Part shown: positions 46,744 to 56,358 of the stretch, one piece after another
Layout: each line of letters starts with the position of its first letter
Position numbering within the stretch: the first letter of the stretch is position 1
Source of the DNA: Promethearchaeota archaeon
GTDB taxonomy: Archaea > Asgardarchaeota > Lokiarchaeia > Sigyniarchaeales > SOKP01
Direction: 5' to 3'
Assembly: GCA_048939995.1 (NCBI GenBank)
Contig: JBHLOY010000008.1
Location: forward strand, 106,835-170,834
Length of the DNA: 64,000 nt
Notes under the pieces: model-generated
Databases searched by the model: none
What the model was told of the DNA's origin: nothing
The model's input: only the letters and a program-made list of their open reading frames with translations
Made by a program: the position numbers and the translations under genes

Positions 46744-47535
46744 ATGAGTTTTGTTAAAACTCCAGAAGAGTTGGAAAAATTAAGAAGGACATCATTTGAT
46801 TTTTATGATGCTGAATTTTTAGCAGTATTTTGGGAGACAAAGCCAGAAATTGTTAAACGTTTACTTCCACCTCCTTTAAAGCCAGTTAAATATCCAGTGG
46901 TACAGGCAATGATTGCAAATTATCCTAGAACTAATTTTGGGGTGACTTATAAAGAAGCAGCACTCTTTTTATTCAGTGAATATGATGGCGTAATTGGGGC
47001 ATACTGTCTTGCAATGCCAGTAGATAATGATATGGCAATGATTGGAGGTAGAGAAGTATTTGGTTATCCAAAAAAAATTGCGAGCATTCAGTTCAAAAAG
47101 GAGGGAAAAGTATTCGATGGTTGGGTTGAGCGCCATGGAATTCATTATTTTGAGTTAAAAGCGGAGCTTAATAATAAATTAAATGAAAAGGATGCTATGA
47201 AAATTGTATTAGAGCTGGGATTAAATCCAAATAAACCAAGAAGCATAACTTATAATTATAAATTTTTCAGATCTCCACTTTATGAGGGATTTGATTTCAA
47301 TCCGCGTTTGATTAGAGAAGAAATAACAATGCAAGCGTCTGAAATGATACTAGGGGAGGCAGAAGTGAAGTTAAATGTATCGGAATATGATCCTTGGAGT
47401 GACTTAGTCGTTGAGAGAGTACTTGGCTGTCTTTATTTAAAAACTAACAGTCAAATGCAACCAGGAGAAGTTGTTGCTGAAATAAACCAGGAAGATTTTG
47501 AGCCTTATTCATTCATGAAAATCGATCCATATTAA
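46744..47535 (+). CDS. Acetoacetate decarboxylase family protein
   Basis: LLPPPL, YKEA, GREVFGYPKK containing the Schiff-base Lys. Confidence 0.88.
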   Translation: MSFVKTPEELEKLRRTSFDFYDAEFLAVFWETKPEIVKRLLPPPLKPVKYPVVQAMIANYPRTNFGVTYKEAALFLFSEYDGVIGAYCLAMPVDNDMAMIGGREVFGYPKKIASIQFKKEGKVFDGWVERHGIHYFELKAELNNKLNEKDAMKIVLELGLNPNKPRSITYNYKFFRSPLYEGFDFNPRLIREEITMQASEMILGEAEVKLNVSEYDPWSDLVVERVLGCLYLKTNSQMQPGEVVAEINQEDFEPYSFMKIDPY

Positions 47536-47551
47536 ATAAAAAAATTTAGTT

Positions 47552-48343
47552 TTATTTTTTTAATTTTTTAACTTTTTTTACAATTTTCTTTTTTATATCC
47601 TCATAAGAGGGCGGTGGTCCAGTCCTAATCTCTTTACTATCAATAAATAGCCCAGTAAAGATACCCCATTCTAAGAAGGTCTCTCTATTAAAAGTATCAA
47701 TTTCTTGGAAGATTACATCATCACCAAATTCCAAAGCTGCTCTTTTTGCTCTTTCATAAACAATAGATTGAGCAGGACACCAACCATTCTTAAACACAGT
47801 GATAGTTACTTTACCCGGAATTTTTTGTGGTTTTCTTTTTTGCTTAATCCATTTAGGAGGGACGGCATCTTCAGTAAAAGGTTTCCAAAGCAAAACAGCT
47901 ACACTATCCTTATCTATTTTAATATAACCCTGCTTTTTATACCATGAAGCTTTCATCCAAAAAGGTAATGAAAGTCCCCATGCTACTATTCCTTTTGCAC
48001 CCTTTGATTTCACGTCCTCTTCAGCAGCTTGAAGTAATTTCACTCCATAGCCTTTTTTCTGATGATTTCCTATCCCTTCTTCATAGCCATGTATCCAGAT
48101 ACAATTAATAAAGTATAAATCTCTACCTTCCGCATTAGAATATTCAATTGGGACATATTGAATCATGCCTACACACTTTTCACTATCAGCTAGAGCAAGT
48201 TTAACTCGTAAACCTTTTTCTTTAATACGTTCATACCAGTTTTCTTTATGATTTCCTGCCTCCTTCATCTCATCAGACCAATCTTCTAAACACATAAAAT
48301 AGGTCTTTTTATACTCGTCTGTTAGATTTATTATTTCCATCAT
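47552..48343 (-). CDS. GNAT acetyltransferase with thioredoxin-like (YoaP-like) C-domain
   Basis: FINCIWI, QKKGYG, WCPA; paralog of 1703-2563. Confidence 0.75.
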   Translation of the reverse strand: MMEIINLTDEYKKTYFMCLEDWSDEMKEAGNHKENWYERIKEKGLRVKLALADSEKCVGMIQYVPIEYSNAEGRDLYFINCIWIHGYEEGIGNHQKKGYGVKLLQAAEEDVKSKGAKGIVAWGLSLPFWMKASWYKKQGYIKIDKDSVAVLLWKPFTEDAVPPKWIKQKRKPQKIPGKVTITVFKNGWCPAQSIVYERAKRAALEFGDDVIFQEIDTFNRETFLEWGIFTGLFIDSKEIRTGPPPSYEDIKKKIVKKVKKLKK

Positions 48344-48474
48344 TTCGCACTCTTTGTTTATATGATATGTATAATAATATCCTTTTTAAAATAGCATGGT
48401 TATAAAATTTTTAATATCTTACAGTATATTAAAGGAAAATTATAAATTCCCAAATTATTACTTTTCAACATAGA

Positions 48475-49488
48475 ATGGTCATCCATTTTGAATCTTCTGG
48501 CAATTTTACTTCTGGAATTCCGTCCTTTAGAGCTCTTATATCAAAAAGAGCAAGGGTGAAAATTCAATTAACCGAAAATAAAATATCTTTTCAATCTGAA
48601 ATTGATAAAATACGGTACGAGGTAAAATTATCAGATATCAAAGAATTTTATATAAAAAAAAGAAATACAATTCCAGTTATTGAATTAATAGATACTCAAG
48701 AAAATTATTATACTTTTTTTCCACTCTTAAATAGACATAACATTCGCTCGAATTCAAAGCGATTTTCGGAAGATTTATTTAGGCAAATCACTCGATTATA
48801 CGTAAAAAATGAAATGCCCATCCTTTTTGAATCCAAAGGAGCTTTTTGGGAAGGCACTCCAACAGCAGATCATTGGAAGTCAAATTTGAATAAGGGAATA
48901 ATTCTATTAACTGAAAATTCTTTTAGTTTTAAACCGTTTAAAGAGGGATACTTAAAACAAATTAAAATTTTTGATATCAAAGAAGTAATAGGGCCATCAG
49001 AAAGTTTGGATTTATTTACTAAGTTAATAACAACCAAAAATCAAGCTTTTTCATTCTTATTCATTAGAAAACATCTGAAACGTATAACTAAAGACAAAAT
49101 AAAGACAGATAAATTTCTAAAACTTTTAAGTCAAGTGTTAATTTATAAGGACTCTGAACGGATTCACATGATTGAACTAGAAAAAAAACGTATCGAAAAA
49201 CTTAAATCTATGATTAAAGTTTCTAATAGAATCAAGCTAGATATGATGAGAAGTGCGTTGGAAATGGATGAGAAAACCTTTGCTAACAAGATTTTTAAAT
49301 GGGCAAAGAAATTTGATTTTGTTATAGATGGAGAATATCTAATCGTGACTAATGAAAATATTAATGCGTTTATTCTAAGTTTAAATAATAATGATATTAG
49401 CGAAAAAATAAAATGCCCCTATTGTAATAATTCGCTTGATACAGAAGTGTTGATTTGTCCTTATTGTGGAAAGGAAATTAAGATTTGA
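48475..49488 (+). CDS. Tandem PH/GRAM-like domains, winged-helix (PCI-like) domain and zinc ribbon
   Basis: Repeated LTEN.(I/F)SF...DIKE units; IKLDMMRSALEMDE...IDGEYL; CPYC..CPYCG. Confidence 0.5.
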   Translation: MVIHFESSGNFTSGIPSFRALISKRARVKIQLTENKISFQSEIDKIRYEVKLSDIKEFYIKKRNTIPVIELIDTQENYYTFFPLLNRHNIRSNSKRFSEDLFRQITRLYVKNEMPILFESKGAFWEGTPTADHWKSNLNKGIILLTENSFSFKPFKEGYLKQIKIFDIKEVIGPSESLDLFTKLITTKNQAFSFLFIRKHLKRITKDKIKTDKFLKLLSQVLIYKDSERIHMIELEKKRIEKLKSMIKVSNRIKLDMMRSALEMDEKTFANKIFKWAKKFDFVIDGEYLIVTNENINAFILSLNNNDISEKIKCPYCNNSLDTEVLICPYCGKEIKI

Positions 49489-50034
49489 TTATCTTCTTTT
49501 TAATACACCAATTTTGTCACCTATTTTTTGTCTTGAGCTTCCTTCTGATATTTCAAAAATTCCTTCTTCAATTAGGTCATAAACTGCATGCTTTAAAGTA
49601 ATTAGAGGGATTTTTTGTAATTCTCTTACTTCTATTAATTCATCAATGCTAATAGATTCACCGGGGAGTAATAAAGCCTTTATAAATCTCTTTATATCAC
49701 CAAGATCACTTTTTATGGTTATAACATCTCTATTTTCTTCTTTTGAGATTTTTAGTTCGCTTACACTTATTTTTGACATTAAAAATTTTACTTGTTCTTC
49801 CAATAGCTTTATTCTTCCTTTTAACTCTACAATTAAATCTTTAGTTGATTTCTTACCTTCAGATTTTAGAGTTAGATATTTATTAATAAGCTTTTCAAGC
49901 TGATTCTTCGGAATACCAGAGTTTAAAATGGCTGTAATTTTATCTGCTTTTTTATCTCCTTTTTTAAAAGAAATTCCACTTTCTTCTGCTAATTTTTCTA
50001 ATAATGGTACTGTAAGTTTCTTAATTGCCTTCAT
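49489..50034 (-). CDS. SAP/HeH/Rho-N-like domain, coiled coil and winged-helix protein
   Basis: KLTVPLLEKLAEESGI...KKADKITAI; LKGRIKLLEEQV; SISIDEL...LKHAVYDLIEEG. Confidence 0.55.
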   Translation of the reverse strand: MKAIKKLTVPLLEKLAEESGISFKKGDKKADKITAILNSGIPKNQLEKLINKYLTLKSEGKKSTKDLIVELKGRIKLLEEQVKFLMSKISVSELKISKEENRDVITIKSDLGDIKRFIKALLLPGESISIDELIEVRELQKIPLITLKHAVYDLIEEGIFEISEGSSRQKIGDKIGVLKRR

Positions 50035-50079
50035 GATTAGGGTAATAATTAAATAAAAAAAGAGTGAATTTAAATTTTT

Positions 50080-50541
50080 TTAACCTACGCCATGTTTACC
50101 AGCATAATAAGCTCCAAATAATTGCATAAAATAGGTGATTCCGGTGATAATGCCATAAAGTAATCCCAAGATCCAAGTTAATCCCCACATTAAAATGATA
50201 CTAATATAGAATAGAATAAGAAAAGGAATCAAAATTGATAGTTTGCGGGGATTTCGAAATTCTATTTTCATAAGATAATCTACAATCAAAGTGAAGATAA
50301 TAAATGATATAAAAAGTAAAGGAAAAACCCAGTACCACCACTCTCTTAATAAGAAAAGATTACAAATAGCTATTATCAATATTGGAACTCCAAGTAATAA
50401 AGAAACTATCCCAATCTTTTTGGATATGGAGGGTTTTTTCACGCGAGATAAAAAAAGTGCAAATACTGTTAGATTGAATATATTAATAATAACAAATTGA
50501 CTAAGATCAATAATGTCATATATATTCAGATTAGCCACCAT
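50080..50541 (-). CDS. Hypothetical membrane protein
   Basis: About five hydrophobic segments, DY..K.EFR. Confidence 0.6.
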   Translation of the reverse strand: MVANLNIYDIIDLSQFVIINIFNLTVFALFLSRVKKPSISKKIGIVSLLLGVPILIIAICNLFLLREWWYWVFPLLFISFIIFTLIVDYLMKIEFRNPRKLSILIPFLILFYISIILMWGLTWILGLLYGIITGITYFMQLFGAYYAGKHGVG

Positions 50542-50596
50542 TGATACAAAATTTTTTATTTTTATTTCAAAAAAGTATAAGAATTATTAGATTTTA

Positions 50597-51586
50597 TTGG
50601 AATTAAAAAATACTAAAAAAATAGATAATGAGATAGAAATGAAAACCAATACATTTACCTTCAAGGATCAAGATGATATTGAGATCTTTGTTTATAAATG
50701 GGAACCCGAAATTACTCCAAAAGCAGCTTTACAAATTGTTCACGGATTAGCAGAACATGCTGGTAGGTATGCGAGATTCGCGGAAGCTTTCTGTAAGGAT
50801 GGTTTCATTTGTTATGCAAACGATGCTCGCGGACATGGATTAACAGCTGGTGATTTAACTGAAGCCACTATAGAAGGAAAGGCAGGAGTTTTGGGACAGA
50901 ATGGATGGCGTGGTGTGGTTAATGATCTTCACGAATTATCCAATATCATTAAGAAAGAAAATCCCAACCTTCCTTTATTCTTAATTGGACATTCTTGGGG
51001 AGCTTTGCTTTCACAAGACTATATTCAAGAATGGGGAAATGAAATAAAGGGATGTATTCTAAGTGGTACTAATGGTAAAATAAGAAAAATGGTGCTTAAA
51101 GCGGGAAAATTAATTGTAAAAAACGAAATTAAAAAGTTAGGACCTACCACACCAAGTCAGAAAATGCATGATATGAATTTCGCATCCTATAATCATGATT
51201 GGCAGAAAGATGAAGAAGCTACGGGATTTGAATGGCTTAGCAGAGACAAAACAGAAGTTCAAAAATATATTGATGACCCTTGGTGTGGATTTGTTTCCCC
51301 AGCTACTCTTTGGTTAGAATTTATATATGGAAATGAAAAGATCTATGATGAGAAAAATGAACAAAGAATCCCTAAGGACCTACCAATCTATTTCATTTCA
51401 GGATCTTTGGATCCTGTCGGAAATAAAACAAAAGGCGTTATGGCAATGATAGAAAGACTCAAGAAGTTTGGTGTTAAAGACATTGCATATAAATTTTATG
51501 AAGGTGCCCATCATGAAATCTTTAATGAGATCAACCGAGATGAAGTCTATAATGATGTAACCGCTTGGCTAAATTCTCATTTATAA
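50597..51586 (+). CDS. Lysophospholipase/monoacylglycerol lipase (alpha/beta hydrolase)
   Basis: HGLAEH..RY, D.RGHG, GHSWG, WLSRD, HHEIFNE; start may be ATG 50639. Confidence 0.9.
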   Translation: MELKNTKKIDNEIEMKTNTFTFKDQDDIEIFVYKWEPEITPKAALQIVHGLAEHAGRYARFAEAFCKDGFICYANDARGHGLTAGDLTEATIEGKAGVLGQNGWRGVVNDLHELSNIIKKENPNLPLFLIGHSWGALLSQDYIQEWGNEIKGCILSGTNGKIRKMVLKAGKLIVKNEIKKLGPTTPSQKMHDMNFASYNHDWQKDEEATGFEWLSRDKTEVQKYIDDPWCGFVSPATLWLEFIYGNEKIYDEKNEQRIPKDLPIYFISGSLDPVGNKTKGVMAMIERLKKFGVKDIAYKFYEGAHHEIFNEINRDEVYNDVTAWLNSHL

Positions 51587-51596
51587 AAAAGAGTAA

Positions 51597-52046
51597 TTAC
51601 TTCTTTTTCTTATTATATTCTATAAGATTATTTAAAATTCTTCCCAAATAGTTTTCAAATTTATTTATTTCAATCTCAGTGAAATTATTATAGTAAATCA
51701 TAGCCATATCTTTGGAGACTTCTATATATTTAGCTTGAAAGTTCTCATGTTTATTTGTTAACTGGATTAAAATCTCTCTTCTATCTGTTCTTGATGGTAC
51801 TCGTTTTATAAATCCTGATTGTTCAAGGCGATCAAGCATTGAAGTCAAAGTTGACTTGCTTAAAAGAGTTCTTTTTGAAATTTCATGTATAGAGATGTTA
51901 TCTTCTTGCCATAAAACAAACATTATTCTTCCTTGTGCGGGATTCAGTTCAGTAAGATTTGCTTTTCGAAGGATTTTTGCGAAAGTTCTCTGAGATAGTT
52001 GGTGTATTTTAGCGATTAAGAATCCCCCCTTTTTTAGAGATTCCAT
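51597..52046 (-). CDS. MarR family transcriptional regulator
   Basis: SKSTLTSMLDRLEQSGFIKR...DRR. Confidence 0.92.
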   Translation of the reverse strand: MESLKKGGFLIAKIHQLSQRTFAKILRKANLTELNPAQGRIMFVLWQEDNISIHEISKRTLLSKSTLTSMLDRLEQSGFIKRVPSRTDRREILIQLTNKHENFQAKYIEVSKDMAMIYYNNFTEIEINKFENYLGRILNNLIEYNKKKK

Positions 52047-52081
52047 TAGTAGGTAATCATATTTTATTTTTAAATAGGATT

Positions 52082-52095
52082 GTACTATATAGTAC
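52082..52095. promoter_or_regulatory. Perfect 14-bp palindrome, candidate MarR operator
   Basis: GTACTATATAGTAC about 35 nt upstream of the marR start, flanked by GATT/AATC. Confidence 0.55.
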
Positions 52096-52142
52096 TAATC
52101 AAAATTCATTTAAAAAGATATTTGATTTGAAATCTAAAATTC

Positions 52143-53138
52143 TTATATTTGCTCAGTCTTTAATGCAAAAGCATCTCTCAAGCCGTCACCAATAAAGAGA
52201 AAACCCATAATCGTAGCAATAATCATAATCATAGGCCAAAAGCTAGCCCAAGGTGCCCTATATAATTGATTTATGGTATATATAACATCTCCGCCCCAAT
52301 CGACCCAACTGAGTCTACTTATTCCTAAGAAAGCTAGCACGGTATATCCTAATAAAACTTTTCCAACATTAAAGCTCGCTGAAACCAAAATCGGTTGATA
52401 ACAGTTTGGTAATATATGGCGAAACATGATTCTCCTGTTTCGTGCCCCAATCACCTTCGCTGCTTGTATATATGGCAATTCCTTTTGTTTCAAGGTAAAA
52501 GTTCTGATTATTCTTGAAAAAGTAGGGATTCCAATAATTCCAAAAGCAAGAATGATATATTCAATACTACGCCCCCAAATTAGGAGGAAAAGTATTGCAA
52601 ATACAACACCTGGGAAAGACAATATGATATCCATAATTCTCATTACCAGCATATCAAACCAACCACCATAATAAGCAGAAATTAATCCGATTATAGTACC
52701 AGCAATAGCGCTTATGAGAGTAGAACTTAAAATTATAATCAGTGTAAATCTTGCGCCGAAAACTATCCGTGCTAAAACATCAAGGCCTCCCCAAGTCGTT
52801 CCTAAGGGGTGTTGACTCGAAGGAGGTGCCCAAGGTCCAAGTTGGGTCTGAGTGGCTTTTTCATAAGACGAGATCCAATGTTGAAATACAGCCATATTGA
52901 CAACTATAAAAACGAGGATAATACCAATTACAAATATAAAAGACTTCGATCTTCTCATAAATCTTCTAATTGAGCGATCTTTTTCTGTGATCAATTGAAA
53001 ATCTTCTAATTTGCGAGGTATTTTTCGTAAAAAAAAAATAAATTTAAGATTCGTAAGGACTTTAAAGAAGTCTTTGATAAAAGTACCTTTTGCGGTACTT
53101 ACTACTTTTGTCACCCGCTTTTCTTCTGCTATTATCAT
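52143..53138 (-). CDS. OppC/DppC ABC permease
   Basis: PPS..HPLGT...G.DV, YIQAAKVIGA EAA loop, GDGLRDA. Confidence 0.92.
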   Translation of the reverse strand: MIIAEEKRVTKVVSTAKGTFIKDFFKVLTNLKFIFFLRKIPRKLEDFQLITEKDRSIRRFMRRSKSFIFVIGIILVFIVVNMAVFQHWISSYEKATQTQLGPWAPPSSQHPLGTTWGGLDVLARIVFGARFTLIIILSSTLISAIAGTIIGLISAYYGGWFDMLVMRIMDIILSFPGVVFAILFLLIWGRSIEYIILAFGIIGIPTFSRIIRTFTLKQKELPYIQAAKVIGARNRRIMFRHILPNCYQPILVSASFNVGKVLLGYTVLAFLGISRLSWVDWGGDVIYTINQLYRAPWASFWPMIMIIATIMGFLFIGDGLRDAFALKTEQI

Positions 53139-53328
53139 TGAATCAAATATATAGGGATATTATAATGTTGAATTGAAATACAGTTATTATTTAGATAAAT
53201 ATGAAGGTAAACTTATATATTTAAATTGAGCTTCAATAAGAGAATGCTTAATTATTGATAAATTTATATGTTTCCCGCGATATAGAATAAATTGACTAAT
53301 AAGTTAAATTTTTAAAATTTGATTTTAA

Positions 53329-54351
53329 ATGGGTTATTTCAAGTATGTCATTAAAAGGATACTAATATCATTAGTCACTATTTTTGGTGTAATTATTATT
53401 ACTTTTTTTTTATCAAGAATGATTCCAGGAGATCCTGTATGGAGGCGTCTTCCCTCGAAAGCCTCTTATGAAGACTATTTGGAAGAACGAGCAAGGTTAG
53501 GATTAGATCAACCAGTTATTGTTCAATTTTTTATTTATATGGGAGATCTACTGACGGGAAATTGGGGTGTTTCTATTTCAACAATAATTGATTATCCCAT
53601 TTCAGATTTAGTGAGTACACATTTACCAAGAACTCTGGAAGTAACTATAATTAGTATGTTAATAGCTATTTATCTAGGAATCCGACTGGGTAAATCATCA
53701 GCAGCTCATAAAAATTCTATGAGAGACAAAATTATGAGAATTTTTACATATTTCTTTATTTCTATACCCGGTTTTGTTGTAGTTATATTTTTTATGCAGA
53801 TGTATCTCTTTACTCCTATTAAGATCTTTCCTATGTTTGGAATTAAAAATCCTAAGTACCCAGAACCACCTTTCATAACTGGTTCTCGTCTTTTGGATTG
53901 CTTATTATCTAAGCAGATTTATCTTTTTGTAGATTATATATGGCATCTTATAATCCCGGTTTCAGCTATGGTAATTATTCAGATGGTAGCTATTATTAGA
54001 CATACAAGATCCAATGTATTAGAGGTCTTACAAATGGATTACATTAGGACTGCAGAAGCTAAGGGGTGTAAGAGAAAAAAAATTCTAAAAAAACATGCGA
54101 TAAAAAATGCTATCCCCCCCGTTATTACAGTTTCAGCTATGGGATTTCCAGTTCTTCTAGGTGGAATGATTGGGATTGAATTAATTTACAATTTCCCAGG
54201 ATTAGGCTTTTTATTTAGAGAAGCCGTTGAGTACTTAGACTATCCTTTAATCATTGCTATTATTTTTGTTCTATCAATATCTGTAATTATTATTAATCTT
54301 ATAGCAGATCTATTTGTTGCTGCGCTTGATCCTAGGATTCGACTGAAATAA
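53329..54351 (+). CDS. OppB/DppB ABC permease
   Basis: IPGDP, GLDQP, DYIRTAEAKG, LDPRIR. Confidence 0.92.
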   Translation: MGYFKYVIKRILISLVTIFGVIIITFFLSRMIPGDPVWRRLPSKASYEDYLEERARLGLDQPVIVQFFIYMGDLLTGNWGVSISTIIDYPISDLVSTHLPRTLEVTIISMLIAIYLGIRLGKSSAAHKNSMRDKIMRIFTYFFISIPGFVVVIFFMQMYLFTPIKIFPMFGIKNPKYPEPPFITGSRLLDCLLSKQIYLFVDYIWHLIIPVSAMVIIQMVAIIRHTRSNVLEVLQMDYIRTAEAKGCKRKKILKKHAIKNAIPPVITVSAMGFPVLLGGMIGIELIYNFPGLGFLFREAVEYLDYPLIIAIIFVLSISVIIINLIADLFVAALDPRIRLK

Positions 54352-54550
54352 TAAGGTTCATGTTCACAAGAATTCCTTCTTTAATGCGAAATCGTCTTTT
54401 ATTCCATCTTTTTTCACTTATTGGGGGCAATAAAGATAAGGTTGTACAATAAAGTTAAATTCTTATAAAGAATCCATAATTTCATTAAATTAAATAAGAT
54501 TAAGAAATTTTTATATTTGTATTTTGTAGACTTAATATACTCTATCTGAT

Positions 54551-55573
54551 ATGAGATATCTAAAGTACATCATAAAACGGGTTATTTTATCATTAATAAC
54601 AATTTTTGGGATAATTATCATAACTTTTTTCCTGTCGAGAATGATACCAGGAGATCCCGTATGGATACGCCTCCCCGCTAGAGCGACTATGGAAGATTAT
54701 TATAAAGAAAGAGCGCGGTTAGGATTAGATCAGCCTATTTTAGTACAATTTATTGTCTATATTGGAGATATACTGACAGGTAATTGGGGATTCTCTCTTT
54801 CAGTCCAACCAGATTATCCTATTTGGGTACTGATTAATATTCACTTACCCAGAACTTTAGAAGTCACTATAATTAGCATGATATTCGCTATTTTAATAGG
54901 ATTCAGCTTAGGCAAGATTTCGGCTTCATTTAAAAACACTTTAAAAGACAAAATAATTAGGATTCTTAGTTACTTATTTATTTCTATACCTGGTTTTGTG
55001 TTAGTCATTTTTTTCATGCAATTATATGTTTTTACTCCATTCAAAATATTTCCTATGTTTGGATATAAAAATATGAGATTTCCTGATCCACCACTAGTTA
55101 CGGGTTCCCGCCTAATAGACTCTCTTCTGTCTAGAGAAATTTATCTCTTTGTAGATTATGTATGGCACTTAATAGTTCCTATATCGGCGATGGTGATCGT
55201 TCAGTTAGTAGCTGTCGTACGACACACAAGATCTAGCGTCTTAGAGGTGTTACAAATGGATCATATTAGAACCGCAGAGGCAAAAGGATGCCCAAGAAAG
55301 CAAATAGTTAAAAAGCATGCGGTAAAAAATGCCCTACCACCAATTATTACAATTTCAGCAATGGGATTCCCCATTGTTTTAGGAGGAATGATTGGGGTTG
55401 AAATAATATATAATTTCCCAGGATTGGGATTTATGTTTCGACAAGCAGTTAGATTTTCAGATTATCCCTTAATTATTGCTATTGTGTTTGCTTTCTCACT
55501 TTCAGTTATCATAATAAATCTAATAGCAGATATTATTATTGGCGGCCTTGATCCTAGAATGAGATTAAAGTAA
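54551..55573 (+). CDS. OppB/DppB ABC permease (tandem duplicate)
   Basis: Same length (340 aa) and collinear with 53329-54351. Confidence 0.92.
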   Translation: MRYLKYIIKRVILSLITIFGIIIITFFLSRMIPGDPVWIRLPARATMEDYYKERARLGLDQPILVQFIVYIGDILTGNWGFSLSVQPDYPIWVLINIHLPRTLEVTIISMIFAILIGFSLGKISASFKNTLKDKIIRILSYLFISIPGFVLVIFFMQLYVFTPFKIFPMFGYKNMRFPDPPLVTGSRLIDSLLSREIYLFVDYVWHLIVPISAMVIVQLVAVVRHTRSSVLEVLQMDHIRTAEAKGCPRKQIVKKHAVKNALPPIITISAMGFPIVLGGMIGVEIIYNFPGLGFMFRQAVRFSDYPLIIAIVFAFSLSVIIINLIADIIIGGLDPRMRLK

Positions 55574-55579
55574 AAGCTT

Positions 55580-56293
55580 TTATCTAGATTTCCACCAATA
55601 AGGATATTCAACTTGCATAAATTGTTTATTATCCAAGAGTAAAATTCTGTTATTTGTAAACGCAAAAGCAAATCCCCCAAGAAAATTAACCCAGTAATTA
55701 TCAGGAGGTAACCCAAACCATCCAAACCTCAAAGCCATAATGAGTATTTCATGGGTCACATGGATAGCCATTCCACCTGCTGGAAGTGTAGAAAATCGAT
55801 CCCATATGACCTTAGCAGCATTCTGACAATAATTAGAAAGTGGGTTTAACTTATGGGGAGGATACAATCCTGCCATCCATCTCCTTAAAAATTCAACAAG
55901 TATTCTTTCCTTAAGTTCCTTAATAAAGAGTTCACGATCAACTCCCAGCACGTGTAGAGGTTTTAAAACACCTTCTATTTTTCCATTGCCTCCTTTACTT
56001 TTAAAACCTTCTAAAATATCAATTGCTGTTTCTTCACAGCGAGATGCAATACTGTGATATATCCTAACTTGTCGTCCTTTAGGTAACTTCTGACCAAAAA
56101 GATGTGCAATTTTATGTCCTGTTTCGGTTAAATGTAATTCAATTCCATCTCCAATTTCATTTGGCTCAAATCTTTCAGAATGTCTTAAAATTAGAGTTAA
56201 TTTCAACTTATTAGAGAATTTAGGGAGTTCTTTTGTAAGTTGACGAACTTGGAGGGTCCAATTTTCTGTTTCCCATAGATGTTCATCGTTCAT
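55580..56293 (-). CDS. Histidine phosphatase family protein
   Basis: ILRHS, LTETG, RCEETA, VTHE. Confidence 0.85.
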   Translation of the reverse strand: MNDEHLWETENWTLQVRQLTKELPKFSNKLKLTLILRHSERFEPNEIGDGIELHLTETGHKIAHLFGQKLPKGRQVRIYHSIASRCEETAIDILEGFKSKGGNGKIEGVLKPLHVLGVDRELFIKELKERILVEFLRRWMAGLYPPHKLNPLSNYCQNAAKVIWDRFSTLPAGGMAIHVTHEILIMALRFGWFGLPPDNYWVNFLGGFAFAFTNNRILLLDNKQFMQVEYPYWWKSR

Positions 56294-56358
56294 ACCGTAA
56301 TAAATAAATCATTATTTACATAATTTACCTTAAAATCATATTTAAACTATATTCAATT

